A stretch of 63,940 nucleotides of DNA, filler included, from an uncultured Methanoregulaceae archaeon (GTDB taxonomy: Archaea; Halobacteriota; Methanomicrobia; Methanomicrobiales; Methanospirillaceae), in assembly GCA_964530035.1 (NCBI GenBank). It is 4 parts of 4 records of this genome, joined end to end, with 100 filler letters (N's around TTAATTAATTAA, not from the genome) between each part and the next. Parts side by side here need not be neighbours in the genome. Positions count along the whole stretch, not along the records: positions 1 to 20,896 come from CAZGXZ010000023.1; 3 more parts are not named here. The stretch is one strand, 5' to 3'. Positions within the stretch are counted from its first letter, which is position 1; every line of letters begins with the position of its first letter. Positions 1-10,119 of the stretch are shown one piece after another. The translations under genes and the position numbers were made by a program. Below the pieces are notes generated by a model that saw only the letters and a program-made list of their open reading frames with translations, made no database searches and had not been told where the DNA came from.

Positions 1-51
1 TCACTAGGCGTTGCCAACGCCTAAACCCGGGTTCGAGTCCCGGTCGGCGCA
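1..51 (+). tRNA. tRNA-Gly(GCC), 3' portion (5' end outside window)
   Basis: Anticodon arm TAGGCG-TTGCCAA-CGCCTA (anticodon GCC), T arm CCGGG-TTCGAGT-CCCGG, acceptor 3' strand TCGGCGC plus discriminator A; no encoded CCA; T-rich tract follows at ~83-94. Confidence 0.9.
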
Positions 52-202
52 TCGCTGCAACAGGCTAGATTCCCTGTTTGAGTTTTTTTATTTTAAATGG
101 AAGATTATCGTAACCTGAATGAAATACACAATCAGCGGCTCCTAAATAATTTAGATTCCTTTATCCCCATATTCCGGGAAAAAAAGACCTGGGAATAGCC
201 CG

Positions 203-2242
203 TCATTTTTCCGTGAACAGGTACCTCTCGAGCCAGTCCAGTTCTTCCTTAACCTTCCGGGCCTGTGTATCAGGGGTCTTCATGTGGTGCGGTTGTCCTG
301 GAAACAGGACGAACCTGACGGGCGCCGTACTCCCCTCCTTATACGCCCGGTAGGTGACCCAGGCGCTCGATGGGTCCACCTGGATGTCATCCGTCCCAAT
401 CATCATCAGGAGGGGTGTCCTGACCGACTTTGCCCGGTAAAGCGGCACGATCGGAAGGAATGACTGCGGGTTTTCATAGGGGCTCTGGTTGTAGTACATC
501 TTGTCCATCACGATGCCGTTCGTGGTGGCTACCTGGGAGTTCTCGTCTGCAGTCCCGGCGCCTGCGACAGCCGCCTTCAGCGAGGGGTCCTTCGTGATAA
601 GGGCAAGCCCGAGGATCCCGCCATTCGACCAGCCGGTGACCCCGACCCGTGAGCGGTTTATAATGCCCATCCGGGCAAGGTGGTCGATACCTGTCTCCAT
701 ATCCTCGACCGGGAGGTCATAGTAATTCCCGCCCTCGATGGATCGTGCAAAGGGAAGACCGAAGTTCGTGCTCCCGTGGTAGTTGACCGAGAGTGTGACC
801 GCACCGCGGGAAGTGAACAGGTGATAGGGGAACTCCCAGGTGTCCCGCCAGCTGTCAAAGTCCCCGTAGTTCGGGCCGCCGTGGATGACGAGGAGGAGGG
901 GATAGTCGTTCCCCTTCACATAGTCCGGCGGATACCGGATAACACCCGCGATCGTATCGTTCCTGGCACCCTTCCAGGTTGTGACCTCTGAAATGCCGAG
1001 ATCGTGTGTTATCAGCCCGGGGTTCAGAAGGGTCAACTGTACCGGGTTCATGATCATAGCTCCCTCCACATCCGCCCGGACCAGCTGGGGCGGAGAAGAT
1101 GCGGAGTTCCGGTTGTAGACGATGGAGCCTCCGGACTGGTCGGTCTCGATCGCGTAGATGTTGCCCTGGTCTTTCCCTGAGAGCACGCTCATGTTCCAGC
1201 CTGTGCCGTTTCGTGCGAGGAGGGCGGTCTTCGGGTTCGTGCCGTCTGCAAGGAGGAGGTAGGCACCGCCATTGAACGGGTTCACCTCGATATCGGCATT
1301 GAAGAGGTCGATGAAGAGGCCCTGGTCCCAGGCCAGAGGGATATCCTCAAGCGTCCCGGTCGACAGAGTGTACGCCTGGAGGAAAGAGGCGTCCTCCACC
1401 GGGTACCGGAGCCCGCCGTTTACAAACCTCTCGATGTACACGACGGTGCTGTCCGGTGACCACGCAAACTGGTTGGTGTCCTGGTACCCTTCAAGGGAGG
1501 TTGCGAGCTGCTGCTCCTGCCCGGTCCGGGTATCGAGGAGGACGTAACGGAACATGGCTCCGGTCTGCCAGGACGACGGGTCAGCTGCGGCCTTGTAGAG
1601 GACGTAGTTTCCGTCGGGCGAGGGCTGCCAGATTGTGATGACATCACTGTTCGTGCTGAGCACGGAGATCGTCCCATCCTTCAACGAATAAGTCTTGAGG
1701 ATCACGGGTGAAGGCGGCTCGTCGGCCACATATGCGATCTTTCTCCCGGCATCAGAAGAAGTCACGTTTGGCGACCCTGCAAAGACGAGCCGGTCGGTTC
1801 CAAGGAATGCAAAACCGGCGGCGAGTTCGTCCGTAGTACCCTTCAGGAGGACTGCCGATGTGTCACGCACATGGGTCAGGTACAGGGATACATTCCCCCC
1901 GGACCGGGGCATGGCCGAGTAGACAATCGTATTTCCGTTCGGTGAAACTGCATAGGACGTGACCGACAGGTCAGGATGAGTGGAGGCGGTCTCGACCCCG
2001 GACGGGACATCGATACCTATAAGGGTTCCGTTGTCTTTCGGGGAGAGGAGGTCGGTCCCGGCCGACCTTATGTATACAAGGTTGCCCCCGTCCGGGGAGA
2101 GGGTAAAGTGACCGGGGGTCTCAGCGAAGAGGATATCTGCAGGGGCCAGGTTCCCGGCATCTGCAGCAGCAACCGGGGCTGGAACCATGATTGTCACGAG
2201 CAGTACGAATACGAGCAGGCGGAAAAAGGTGCGGGAGTTCAT
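203..2242 (-). CDS. Secreted S9 family (prolyl oligopeptidase/acylaminoacyl peptidase-like) serine peptidase
   Basis: Signal peptide after Met at 2242 (MNSRTFFRLLVFVLLVTIMVPAPVAA), beta-propeller repeats (SPDG), IHGGP, nucleophile motif GWSNGG, C-terminal Asp (GTDDIQV) and His (GQPHH). Confidence 0.9.
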   Translation of the reverse strand: MNSRTFFRLLVFVLLVTIMVPAPVAAADAGNLAPADILFAETPGHFTLSPDGGNLVYIRSAGTDLLSPKDNGTLIGIDVPSGVETASTHPDLSVTSYAVSPNGNTIVYSAMPRSGGNVSLYLTHVRDTSAVLLKGTTDELAAGFAFLGTDRLVFAGSPNVTSSDAGRKIAYVADEPPSPVILKTYSLKDGTISVLSTNSDVITIWQPSPDGNYVLYKAAADPSSWQTGAMFRYVLLDTRTGQEQQLATSLEGYQDTNQFAWSPDSTVVYIERFVNGGLRYPVEDASFLQAYTLSTGTLEDIPLAWDQGLFIDLFNADIEVNPFNGGAYLLLADGTNPKTALLARNGTGWNMSVLSGKDQGNIYAIETDQSGGSIVYNRNSASSPPQLVRADVEGAMIMNPVQLTLLNPGLITHDLGISEVTTWKGARNDTIAGVIRYPPDYVKGNDYPLLLVIHGGPNYGDFDSWRDTWEFPYHLFTSRGAVTLSVNYHGSTNFGLPFARSIEGGNYYDLPVEDMETGIDHLARMGIINRSRVGVTGWSNGGILGLALITKDPSLKAAVAGAGTADENSQVATTNGIVMDKMYYNQSPYENPQSFLPIVPLYRAKSVRTPLLMMIGTDDIQVDPSSAWVTYRAYKEGSTAPVRFVLFPGQPHHMKTPDTQARKVKEELDWLERYLFTEK

Positions 2243-2563
2243 ATGTCCCCTGAAGGTGTTCCAGAACTTTAACGTATGGTCGGACGGGAGATCCCATTGA
2301 TGACCCGCGTGAACCAGTTCAACCCGGTACTGGACCCGCATTGGGATATGGTGACCCGGGTTAACGATTAGGTAACCGGCCATATCCTGCTAAAACTGCT
2401 CAAAAAGAGAATTTACTGAATTGACGGGTCTGTGGGCCCTGATGTTCTTAAAAGAGGTTGTTCGATGAGCGATTAACCCTTCGCCATTCCCTGCTAAGAC
2501 TCGGAATTTCCCAAAATTTTTTCACTCCGAAATTGGATTAGCTTCTCTCCAAACCCATGATGC

Positions 2564-3205
2564 TCAGGTACCAGGTTCTCCGTTCTGCAGGGACTGCATG
2601 AGAGCGTAATAGGATGCAGGGCTCCGGGTGGTGAATAGCCTGTACCACGCTTCAAGAGTCGAGTCCCGCATGACATCGAGTCGTTTCAGGATGTGGTACG
2701 CAAATTCCACCGGGGCTAGGCCGCTGGCGGTAATGAGGTTGCCATCCGTAACGGCGGGTTCGTCACGATAATACGGTTGTCCCTGATACCGGGGGCATAA
2801 CACACTCAGGGCTGAACGATCGTTGCTGGTATGGGGACGGTCGTCGAGCAGACATTCGCTGGCCAGGCCGAGGGTCGCACCGCAGATCGCCGCCACCAGA
2901 ACCCCCTGGTCAAGGAACTCACGGACCTGAACGAGTACGGGTTTCTGAACAGGGTCCAGCCAGGTATCGGCTCCTGGCAGCAGAATGACATCACCATCTT
3001 CCGGCGTGATATCGGGTACAAGCACATCTGGAACTATCCTGAGGCCTCCCATGGTCCTGATGGCAGAAGGCGTGCAACCAAATGTTACCAGACGGTACTT
3101 TGTTCTCCCATCCCTGAAGAACCGCCCTGAGCACAGCTCAGCCATAATGAGACCTGGTTCCCAGTCGGCCTGTGTGTCAAGTACGTAAAGATACAATGTT
3201 CTCAT
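2564..3205 (-). CDS. DJ-1/PfpI family (class I glutamine amidotransferase-like) protein
   Basis: ADWE, LPGAD, AAICGAT and DGNLITASG motifs. Confidence 0.88.
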   Translation of the reverse strand: MRTLYLYVLDTQADWEPGLIMAELCSGRFFRDGRTKYRLVTFGCTPSAIRTMGGLRIVPDVLVPDITPEDGDVILLPGADTWLDPVQKPVLVQVREFLDQGVLVAAICGATLGLASECLLDDRPHTSNDRSALSVLCPRYQGQPYYRDEPAVTDGNLITASGLAPVEFAYHILKRLDVMRDSTLEAWYRLFTTRSPASYYALMQSLQNGEPGT

Positions 3206-3539
3206 GGTCCACCGGGTTCTCCCTGGAGAAATGGTTGCTCTCCTGCCCTATGTATGACTTGTGAATAGCGCATCCCGGAGAACTGCAGTGTTAGAAGAAA
3301 TAACCAGTCATGAGAAGGGCATTGAATGCCCGGAGGAATGTGGCACCTCGTCTCCGGAGAGTTCGTTCATCTGCACTCCCGGCATCATGCAGGTACTCCC
3401 CTCATTTCAGCCCTGTTTCCAAAGAAATGTACATATCACAGGAGCGTCCTTTGTTTTATACCAATATCCTTCGAAACACTCGGGGAAAAACGGCAGACCC
3501 TTGAATTCAGCTATCCGGGCTCATCACAGGGGTGAGGGA

Positions 3540-4271
3540 ATGATGACAGCCAAAACGCCTTATTTGTCTGAGCTATGTCCGGAACTCGGCAGGTTCCTGC
3601 CAGTCAGTCCATCCATCCGCACCCTATCGGATATGGGAGAGGTGTTGAGAAAACCCTGGGACGGTCCTGACAGGACTCTCTATTATATGTACCGCCAGGT
3701 CGTCTCGTGTGAGTCTGACCGCCAGTGGCTTGAGGGGACGGGTATCAGGTATGATATCACGGTCATCCCCGCTACGGATGTGAGCGGAGAGCCTGCAAAG
3801 ACCTTTGGTCATTATCACCCGGTGAACCCGGCCGGTGTAAGTTACCCCGAGGTCTATGAAGTACTTGAAGGACGCGCCGTATATCTCCTCCAGCATCACG
3901 CACTGGAGCGTTTCATTTGCATCATGGCAAAAAGGGGCGATATTGTGATGATCCCGCCGGGCTACGGGCATGTCACCGTCAACCCTTCAAAGACACGACA
4001 GCTTATCATGGCCAACCTGGTCTCGGACCTTTTTTCAAGTGAGTACGGTCCGTTCAGGACACTTCATGGTGCTGCATACTATTTCCTCTCCAATGGCACT
4101 CTCGAGATAAACGAGGGATACCCTGTCCACCCCCGGCTTGAGCATCTTACGTCCCATGCAGTCACACCCCGTTCAGTCGCCCATACAAGCCTGTATGAAC
4201 AGGTTTCCGCCAGATGTGACATGGGGTACCTCAACTACCCCGAACACTACAGGGGACTTTTCACCATCTGA
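3540..4271 (+). CDS. Archaeal cupin-type glucose-6-phosphate isomerase
   Basis: RYDITVI, KTFGHYH, YPEVYEVLEG, IPPGYGHVTVN motifs; GGTGAGG SD just before ATG 3540. Confidence 0.85.
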   Translation: MMTAKTPYLSELCPELGRFLPVSPSIRTLSDMGEVLRKPWDGPDRTLYYMYRQVVSCESDRQWLEGTGIRYDITVIPATDVSGEPAKTFGHYHPVNPAGVSYPEVYEVLEGRAVYLLQHHALERFICIMAKRGDIVMIPPGYGHVTVNPSKTRQLIMANLVSDLFSSEYGPFRTLHGAAYYFLSNGTLEINEGYPVHPRLEHLTSHAVTPRSVAHTSLYEQVSARCDMGYLNYPEHYRGLFTI

Positions 4272-4297
4272 TCCCTGGCTATCTGGATTCCCGGGGA

Positions 4298-5293
4298 TCA
4301 ACAGGGTTCCAGGGAAATCCGCCTGTGGATGATGCGCCAGCACAGGATCAGCTGGGTTATCTCTCCGGCGGTCACATAGTCCCGGTCCCTGAATATCCTC
4401 ACCGGCCTGACACGGGTCTGGTCCTCTATCCTCTGTTCAAGGCATGCCACCACATGGGATGAAAGCTCCCCGTCGATAACAAGGTCTCCCATCCGTTTTC
4501 CATTCTGTTCATGCCTGATGAACTCAAGCAGGAAATTACGGTCGGAGAGCGCCAGGATCGAATGGAGATCGATCATAAGGTCGATATCGGTGAGGGGAGG
4601 AGACATTCTGCACTGCGAAAGAACGATCTGGTACACCGACGCGGGTACATCCGGGACGGTTTCATACTTCGAAGGCCGGATGGAAACGATGGCATCGGCA
4701 TATTCCTTCTGCGGCAGGATATACCGCTCAAAATCCGGCTCTCTTCGTTCTATTTCCAAAAGGACATCTTTTTCGTTGTAACCCCTTTCAATTACGTCTC
4801 TTTTAATTTTCCACTGGTATTTGACCTCGCGTACGGGATCCACGAAGATTGAAAAGTCCAGAAGCTCCCTCAACACAGGTGTGTACAGCGGGTGCAGACC
4901 CTCAATGATGAGAATCTTTTTTGAGGTGAATGAGGTGTCCGGGTCGAATCTACCGGTATTGTGGTTGTAAACTGGTTTTTTTATGGTTTCTCCCCGCTTT
5001 AATGCTGCAACGTCCCTTTCTAACCGTGTCAGGTCATTCGCTCCGGGGTCCAGAGGGGTAAGGCCGGTCTGTGCCCGTTCAGATCGGTTATAACGGTGGT
5101 AGTCGTCGAGGGAGATGCTGTCTACGAGGTCCTCGCCGAAAACCGTCCTTACTGCATGGGTGAAAGTCGTCTTGCCTGATCCGCTGTCGCCTGCAACACC
5201 CAGGACAAAAATATACGGAGATCTGGCTATTATCTCCTTGAAGTCCCTGTTACATTCATAATCCTGATTAAGGTCTACCTCGCCTTGTGTCAT
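4298..5293 (-). CDS. prk: Phosphoribulokinase (archaeal type)
   Basis: GVAGDSGSGKTT P-loop, SLDDYHRYNRSER, KPVYNHNTG, IIEGLHPL, KIKRDVIERG, ILPQKEYAD: PRK signature motifs. Confidence 0.85.
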   Translation of the reverse strand: MTQGEVDLNQDYECNRDFKEIIARSPYIFVLGVAGDSGSGKTTFTHAVRTVFGEDLVDSISLDDYHRYNRSERAQTGLTPLDPGANDLTRLERDVAALKRGETIKKPVYNHNTGRFDPDTSFTSKKILIIEGLHPLYTPVLRELLDFSIFVDPVREVKYQWKIKRDVIERGYNEKDVLLEIERREPDFERYILPQKEYADAIVSIRPSKYETVPDVPASVYQIVLSQCRMSPPLTDIDLMIDLHSILALSDRNFLLEFIRHEQNGKRMGDLVIDGELSSHVVACLEQRIEDQTRVRPVRIFRDRDYVTAGEITQLILCWRIIHRRISLEPC

Positions 5294-5497
5294 ACAACAT
5301 CTTCCAGGAGGTCATTCTGCATGGGGACAAATGGCCTCATGAAGGGAAATCAGGGATGTCAGGGCGACATTCCCGGTCGCATTATTTCCTGGAAGGTACT
5401 TCACCTCATTGAAACAGGGGGATGTACTAGGCATTCAATTATATATTGGTATTCATAAGTACTACGTGCAGATCCCGGTCTGCAAAGGAAATAAAAA

Positions 5498-5674
5498 ATG
5501 GAAGACAGAAGGTATAACAGCCGCGGTCCACGGTACTCATCTGGGCCAAGAGAAATGACCAAGACAGTCTGTTCAGACTGTGGCAAGGAATGTGAGGTTC
5601 CTTTCAAGCCCACAGAAGGTAGGCCGGTCTATTGTAGGGATTGTCTCCCTAAATACAGAAAGCCAAGATTCTGA
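5498..5674 (+). CDS. Small CxxC-x17-CxxC zinc-ribbon domain protein (58 aa; absent from ORF track)
   Basis: Manual translation MEDRRYNSRGPRYSSGPREMTKTVCSDCGKECEVPFKPTEGRPVYCRDCLPKYRKPRF*; AAGGAA upstream, TTATATA TATA-like box ~5439-5445, T-tract downstream. Confidence 0.92.
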   Translation: MEDRRYNSRGPRYSSGPREMTKTVCSDCGKECEVPFKPTEGRPVYCRDCLPKYRKPRF

Positions 5675-5831
5675 TAAGCTCAGTAACAGAACCTCTTTTT
5701 TTCGGATCATCATCGTCTCCGTTACCGGAGAGTTTTATGGCATCCCCTGGTTAAACCCCGGTAATAGTGCTGACAATTGCCAATAGACGTATATAGAAGT
5801 TTGTTTGATACTTGTTTATCATTAAGGGGTT

Positions 5832-8543
5832 TTGAGGGAAGTGGCTCATTCACACGAGTGTCCTCTCTACCGAGCAGGATACGTAATCCTCCTGGTCTTG
5901 CTGTTCACGGTCCCTGCTCAGGCACTGGACCTCCAGTCTTTGCTTGGGTACTCGCATAAAACTGTCGAAACGGTCAATAATGGTGTCGTCGTTACGTTCA
6001 ACCCGGGATCCCTTGCTTTACAGGAAGGTCAGACAGGAAAGGTCAGCCTTGCCATCAGCGATCTCCCTGCAGGTCTGAACCAGTTTGACCTTCTGCTCCG
6101 GATTGATCAGGCTGGCGTGATCAAGGTCAAGTCGGTCTCATATGCAGACTGGGTAGGGCTGTACAGTACATCTATCCAGAGTTCGGGGGTCAGGATCAAA
6201 GGTGCTGACATGGGCCACAGGATTTCAGCAGGAGCAAGTACCGTTCCGCTGGTGACCCTTGAGTTATCCGGCGAGACGGCAGGGATGACAAACATCTACC
6301 TTGGTTCCGGTACGGTCAAGGAGGACGGAGATCTTGGTGCATCATTTACCCCTGGATCAGACCGTTTTTCAATAACGGTCAGTGAACCTGCAACTGTCCC
6401 TGTCCCTGTAGTTACGCAGGAGAGCAAACCGCCCCAGGTCCTTCCGACAGCGGACCCCAATGACATTGAGGGCCCCGGCCCCGTTGTTACAGCTGAAGAA
6501 ACCGTGACCGTTCCTCAGGAGCAACCGGCCGGCGAAGAACTCATCTCCTCTGAATTCACATTAACCCCTGATGCAACGGGTTCTCCTGAACCTGTTATCA
6601 ATGAAAACCTGCCACCCTCCGAAACACCGACAACGATCCCCACTCATGAAGTGACTCCGGAGGAACCTGTCTCGTCTGATCTGAACCCCATAGAAACTAC
6701 CACCGTCCCCACTACGGTCCAGACTCCCATCCCCACCACCGTTCCTACCACCGTCCCCACTACGGTCCAGACTCCTCTCCCCACCACTGTTCCTGCCACC
6801 GTCCCCACTACGGTCCAGACTCCTCTCCCCACCACTGTTCCTGCCACGGTTCCCACTANNNNNNNNNNNNNNNNNNNNNNNNNNNNNNNNNNNNNNNNNN
6901 NNNNNNNNNNNNNNNNNNNNNNNNNNNNNNNNNNNNNNNNNNNNNNNNNNNNNNNNNNTACGGTCCAGACTCCTCTCCCCACCACTGTTCCTGCCACGGT
7001 TCCCACTACGGTCCAGACTCCTCTCCCCACCACTGTTCCTGCCACAAGAGTCCCTGTTTTGATAGCGGAACAACCGGTACTGACGATACCGCAGGTAACA
7101 CTGACGCTCTCGTATGGTATTCCCTCCCCAACGGTGAGCCCTGCAGGGGAAAGTCAAGGAGAACGGGGAGCACCGTCTGAGGTAAATGCACCGGCATCAC
7201 CACCAGGCGCATTCAAGGTCCAGCCGGGCCAGATACCTCTAGGTACGTTGCATACCCCCGTGCCTATCCTGACACCGGTAATTATCCTGACACCTTCACC
7301 GGTGACCGAACCGACAGGGTCTGTGGAGGAAAACACCTACCTGATCCCGTCACTCCCCGCTCCACCAGCTGTGCAAACCCCTGAACCTCTGAAGATAGAA
7401 ACGCCTGCCCTGACAGTCTCTTCCACCCCGGTATCTCCATACCGCACACCAGGATTAACCCCCGTTCCGGCAGTAACCTATTTCCCGAACCCCCAGTCCG
7501 GGGGAGAGATCCACGCGGATTTCAGTGCAACTCCGGCAAAGGGAACTCCGCCCCTGACCGTCCAGTTTACCGACCTATCGACAGGCCCGGTTGCTGGATT
7601 CATCTGGGAGTTCGGTGATGGGACGCAGGTCACCGATGGAAACCCGGCCCATACATATGCTGTCAAAGGAACATATTCCGTCAGACTAACCGTAAAATCA
7701 TCAACAGGAAGTTCAACTGCCCTTAAAGACCAGTATATCATTGTTTCAGACCAGGTTGATGCTAACTTCACGTTTGAACAACTGAAAAAGACCTATCCAT
7801 ACCGGGTCCAGTTTTCTGACACATCCAGGGGGGATCCGGTCACATTCGAGTGGGACTTCGGTGATGGCGTCCTTTCAACCGATAAAAGCCCCACCCATAC
7901 CTATGTCCGGACAGGTACCTATACGGTCGTTCTGATCGTAAGCAACCCCCTGGGCAGGGACTCGGTACAACAAACAGTTAACGTCGTGGCTGAACAGCCC
8001 CCTGTGGTAATCCCTACTGCGCCTCAGGTAACCGTCACTGAACAGAAATTGGTCCTTGTTCCAGGCTGGAACCTGATTGCTATCCCATATGGTACAAGGT
8101 CAGGAAGCAGCCTCGCTGTCGCACTCGATAAGGTCGATACAGACAGCCACTCCCTGTGGAGGGTGAACCGGACTTCTAAAGCATATGAGAGGATCATGCC
8201 TGACTCCCTCCTCGAACCTCTCGAGGCGGTCTGGGTATATTCCCGAAGTGAGACAACAGTATCGACAGGTCATGAGGATTTGACGAGGGTTGAAGCCATT
8301 TCGCTGAAAACCGGGTGGAATGCCGTAGGATATCCACTGTATGTACCAAGACCCGCCCGTGAGGCCCTTTCATCCATTGATGGTAAATGGAGTCATATCA
8401 TCGGGTATGATACCCGCCTTCAGGCATATGAAACAGCGATTATCCGGGGAGGTTCAGGTGAATTCTCAGATACAAGGGAACTCGAACCAGGAAGAGGATA
8501 TCTTGTCTTCACGACGGAAGATGGCCTGTTGACCCTCTTCTGA
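5832..8543 (+). CDS. Secreted/cell-surface protein: cohesin-like N-domain, Pro/Thr-rich linker, two PKD domains
   Basis: Signal peptide (VILLVLLFTVPAQA), PKD motifs (WEFGDG..NPAHTY; WDFGDG..SPTHTY), C-terminal LVPGWNLIAIP/LKTGWNAVGYP repeats; contains a 100-N gap, start uncertain. Confidence 0.8.
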   Translation: MREVAHSHECPLYRAGYVILLVLLFTVPAQALDLQSLLGYSHKTVETVNNGVVVTFNPGSLALQEGQTGKVSLAISDLPAGLNQFDLLLRIDQAGVIKVKSVSYADWVGLYSTSIQSSGVRIKGADMGHRISAGASTVPLVTLELSGETAGMTNIYLGSGTVKEDGDLGASFTPGSDRFSITVSEPATVPVPVVTQESKPPQVLPTADPNDIEGPGPVVTAEETVTVPQEQPAGEELISSEFTLTPDATGSPEPVINENLPPSETPTTIPTHEVTPEEPVSSDLNPIETTTVPTTVQTPIPTTVPTTVPTTVQTPLPTTVPATVPTTVQTPLPTTVPATVPTXXXXXXXXXXXXXXXXXXXXXXXXXXXXXXXXXXTVQTPLPTTVPATVPTTVQTPLPTTVPATRVPVLIAEQPVLTIPQVTLTLSYGIPSPTVSPAGESQGERGAPSEVNAPASPPGAFKVQPGQIPLGTLHTPVPILTPVIILTPSPVTEPTGSVEENTYLIPSLPAPPAVQTPEPLKIETPALTVSSTPVSPYRTPGLTPVPAVTYFPNPQSGGEIHADFSATPAKGTPPLTVQFTDLSTGPVAGFIWEFGDGTQVTDGNPAHTYAVKGTYSVRLTVKSSTGSSTALKDQYIIVSDQVDANFTFEQLKKTYPYRVQFSDTSRGDPVTFEWDFGDGVLSTDKSPTHTYVRTGTYTVVLIVSNPLGRDSVQQTVNVVAEQPPVVIPTAPQVTVTEQKLVLVPGWNLIAIPYGTRSGSSLAVALDKVDTDSHSLWRVNRTSKAYERIMPDSLLEPLEAVWVYSRSETTVSTGHEDLTRVEAISLKTGWNAVGYPLYVPRPAREALSSIDGKWSHIIGYDTRLQAYETAIIRGGSGEFSDTRELEPGRGYLVFTTEDGLLTLF
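6697..7046 (+). repeat. 48-bp coding tandem repeat (TTVQTPLPTTVPATVP) interrupted by assembly gap 6859-6958
   Basis: Near-identical units ACTACGGTCCAGACTCCTCTCCCCACCACTGTTCCTGCCAC(C/G)GT(C/T)CCC on both sides of the N run. Confidence 0.92.
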
Positions 8544-8727
8544 TTGCAGGGAGATCTCCTTCAGGCCCCCCTTGTGTTGAGGGGGTTTGCAATGCAACCA
8601 AGATACCTGTATTTATGCTAATCTTCCTGGATCACAAGGCGTTTCCACAATATTACAAGCCGGGCTGCAGGTGACCCCGCAGTTACGCTTCAACCTATTT
8701 AAGAGAAGAAGGTCAATAACATAGCGG

Positions 8728-10119
8728 ATGCGCCCTTCCTATCTCGGGAAGATCCTGCTTCACTGGTGTGATTCATGCCACGTGCCGGTCCTTTCCGCCC
8801 GCTGTGGCTGCGGGCAGACCGCCCGGCCGGTCCCGGTCACTCCGCCCGGGGATGCACGACCAGCCTTTCCTTCTGATATCGGGTTTATCAACCGGATATA
8901 TCATGAGCATTTTGGAAACGACCTGATACCTCGCAATCACCTCGCCCTGATGAGCAAGGTCCCTGAAGTTGACAGGATGGAAGAGGTCGTCCTAGGGGGT
9001 GGCGTGGTTGGTGCCGTCCGGTTTGATCCGTTAAAAAGACAGTGGGAGCCACTGCCCAGGCCCGGATCGACACAGTACCTCAAACCAAAACTGAGGTATG
9101 TCATCATAGACCCGGGAGCGGTGCCCTCGGTCATGAACGAGGGGGCTAGTGTACTTGCTCCAGGCCTCCTCGATATCGAGGAGTCAGTATCCGCCGGTGA
9201 CGAGGTATATATCCTCGACCCATCAGGAACCTGTGTCGGCGTCGGAAGGGCAAAAGTAAGTGCCGCCGAAGCCAGGACCATGAAACGTGGGGCAATTGTC
9301 CGGACCCGCAAGAATATCCCTTCTTACCCGGTTCCCGGAAAAGCAACCTGGGATGACGCAATCATTGCGAACAGTGAGATACTTGACAGAGTAGAGGCCG
9401 AGGCTGTCGCATTCGTCCAAAAAACGGTAGATGAAAATCCTTTGCCCGTAACAGTCTCATACTCCGGAGGCAAGGACAGTCTTGCGACATTTCTCCTTGT
9501 TCGGGAGGCGGTTGGAAAGGTGCCGCTTATATTTATTGATACCGGGATTGAATTCCCGGAAACGTACGAAAATGTTGTTGAAGTGGCACGCCGATACGAA
9601 ACGGATTTTATCACCATTACAGGGAAAGTCAGCTTCTGGGATGCCTTTGACAGGATGGGACCCCCTGCAATGAATGCCAGGTGGTGCTGCAAGGTCTGCA
9701 AGCTGGGGCCCCTAAAACAGGCAATATCGGATCGTTATGGCGAATGTCTTTCCTTTATCGGACAGAGAAGGTATGAATCAGTAACCCGGAGAAACACGCC
9801 GCGGGTATGGCGCAACAGCTTCGTCCCGAACCAGCTCTCGGCATCACCGATCCAGAACTGGACAGCACTCCATGTCTGGCTCTACCTGTTCAGGGAAAAG
9901 GCGCCCTACAACATCCTGTATGAAAAACAGTGTGATCGGATTGGTTGTTACCTCTGTCCCTCGACGGATCCTGGCGCATATAACCATATCAAGGTCAACC
10001 ACCGTGACCTGTGCGAACAATGGGAGGGCAGGCTCCGTGCATGGGCAAAGGATAATGGCATGACCGAGAACTGGGTAGATTCAGGTCAGTGGCGGGAAAA
10101 AAGCGGAGGGAATGCATGA
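8728..10119 (+). CDS. PAPS reductase family protein with N-terminal Zn ribbon and PUA domain
   Basis: WCDSCHVP..CGCG, PUA (GASVLAPGL), SYSGGKDS PP-loop, RWCCKVCK, RIGCYLCP. Confidence 0.87.
   Translation: MRPSYLGKILLHWCDSCHVPVLSARCGCGQTARPVPVTPPGDARPAFPSDIGFINRIYHEHFGNDLIPRNHLALMSKVPEVDRMEEVVLGGGVVGAVRFDPLKRQWEPLPRPGSTQYLKPKLRYVIIDPGAVPSVMNEGASVLAPGLLDIEESVSAGDEVYILDPSGTCVGVGRAKVSAAEARTMKRGAIVRTRKNIPSYPVPGKATWDDAIIANSEILDRVEAEAVAFVQKTVDENPLPVTVSYSGGKDSLATFLLVREAVGKVPLIFIDTGIEFPETYENVVEVARRYETDFITITGKVSFWDAFDRMGPPAMNARWCCKVCKLGPLKQAISDRYGECLSFIGQRRYESVTRRNTPRVWRNSFVPNQLSASPIQNWTALHVWLYLFREKAPYNILYEKQCDRIGCYLCPSTDPGAYNHIKVNHRDLCEQWEGRLRAWAKDNGMTENWVDSGQWREKSGGNA

Noticed and set aside
1..2560. 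Integrated element at tRNA-Gly
   Set aside because: No integrase and no duplicated tRNA 3' end seen on this contig
3261..3539. N-terminal extensions given by the ORF track (also S9, copA, MFS, carA, carB)
   Set aside because: Family similarity and SD or signal-peptide positions support downstream starts
6697..7046. Possible CRISPR array
   Set aside because: Contiguous coding units with no unique spacers; no cas genes or spacer arrays seen in the window
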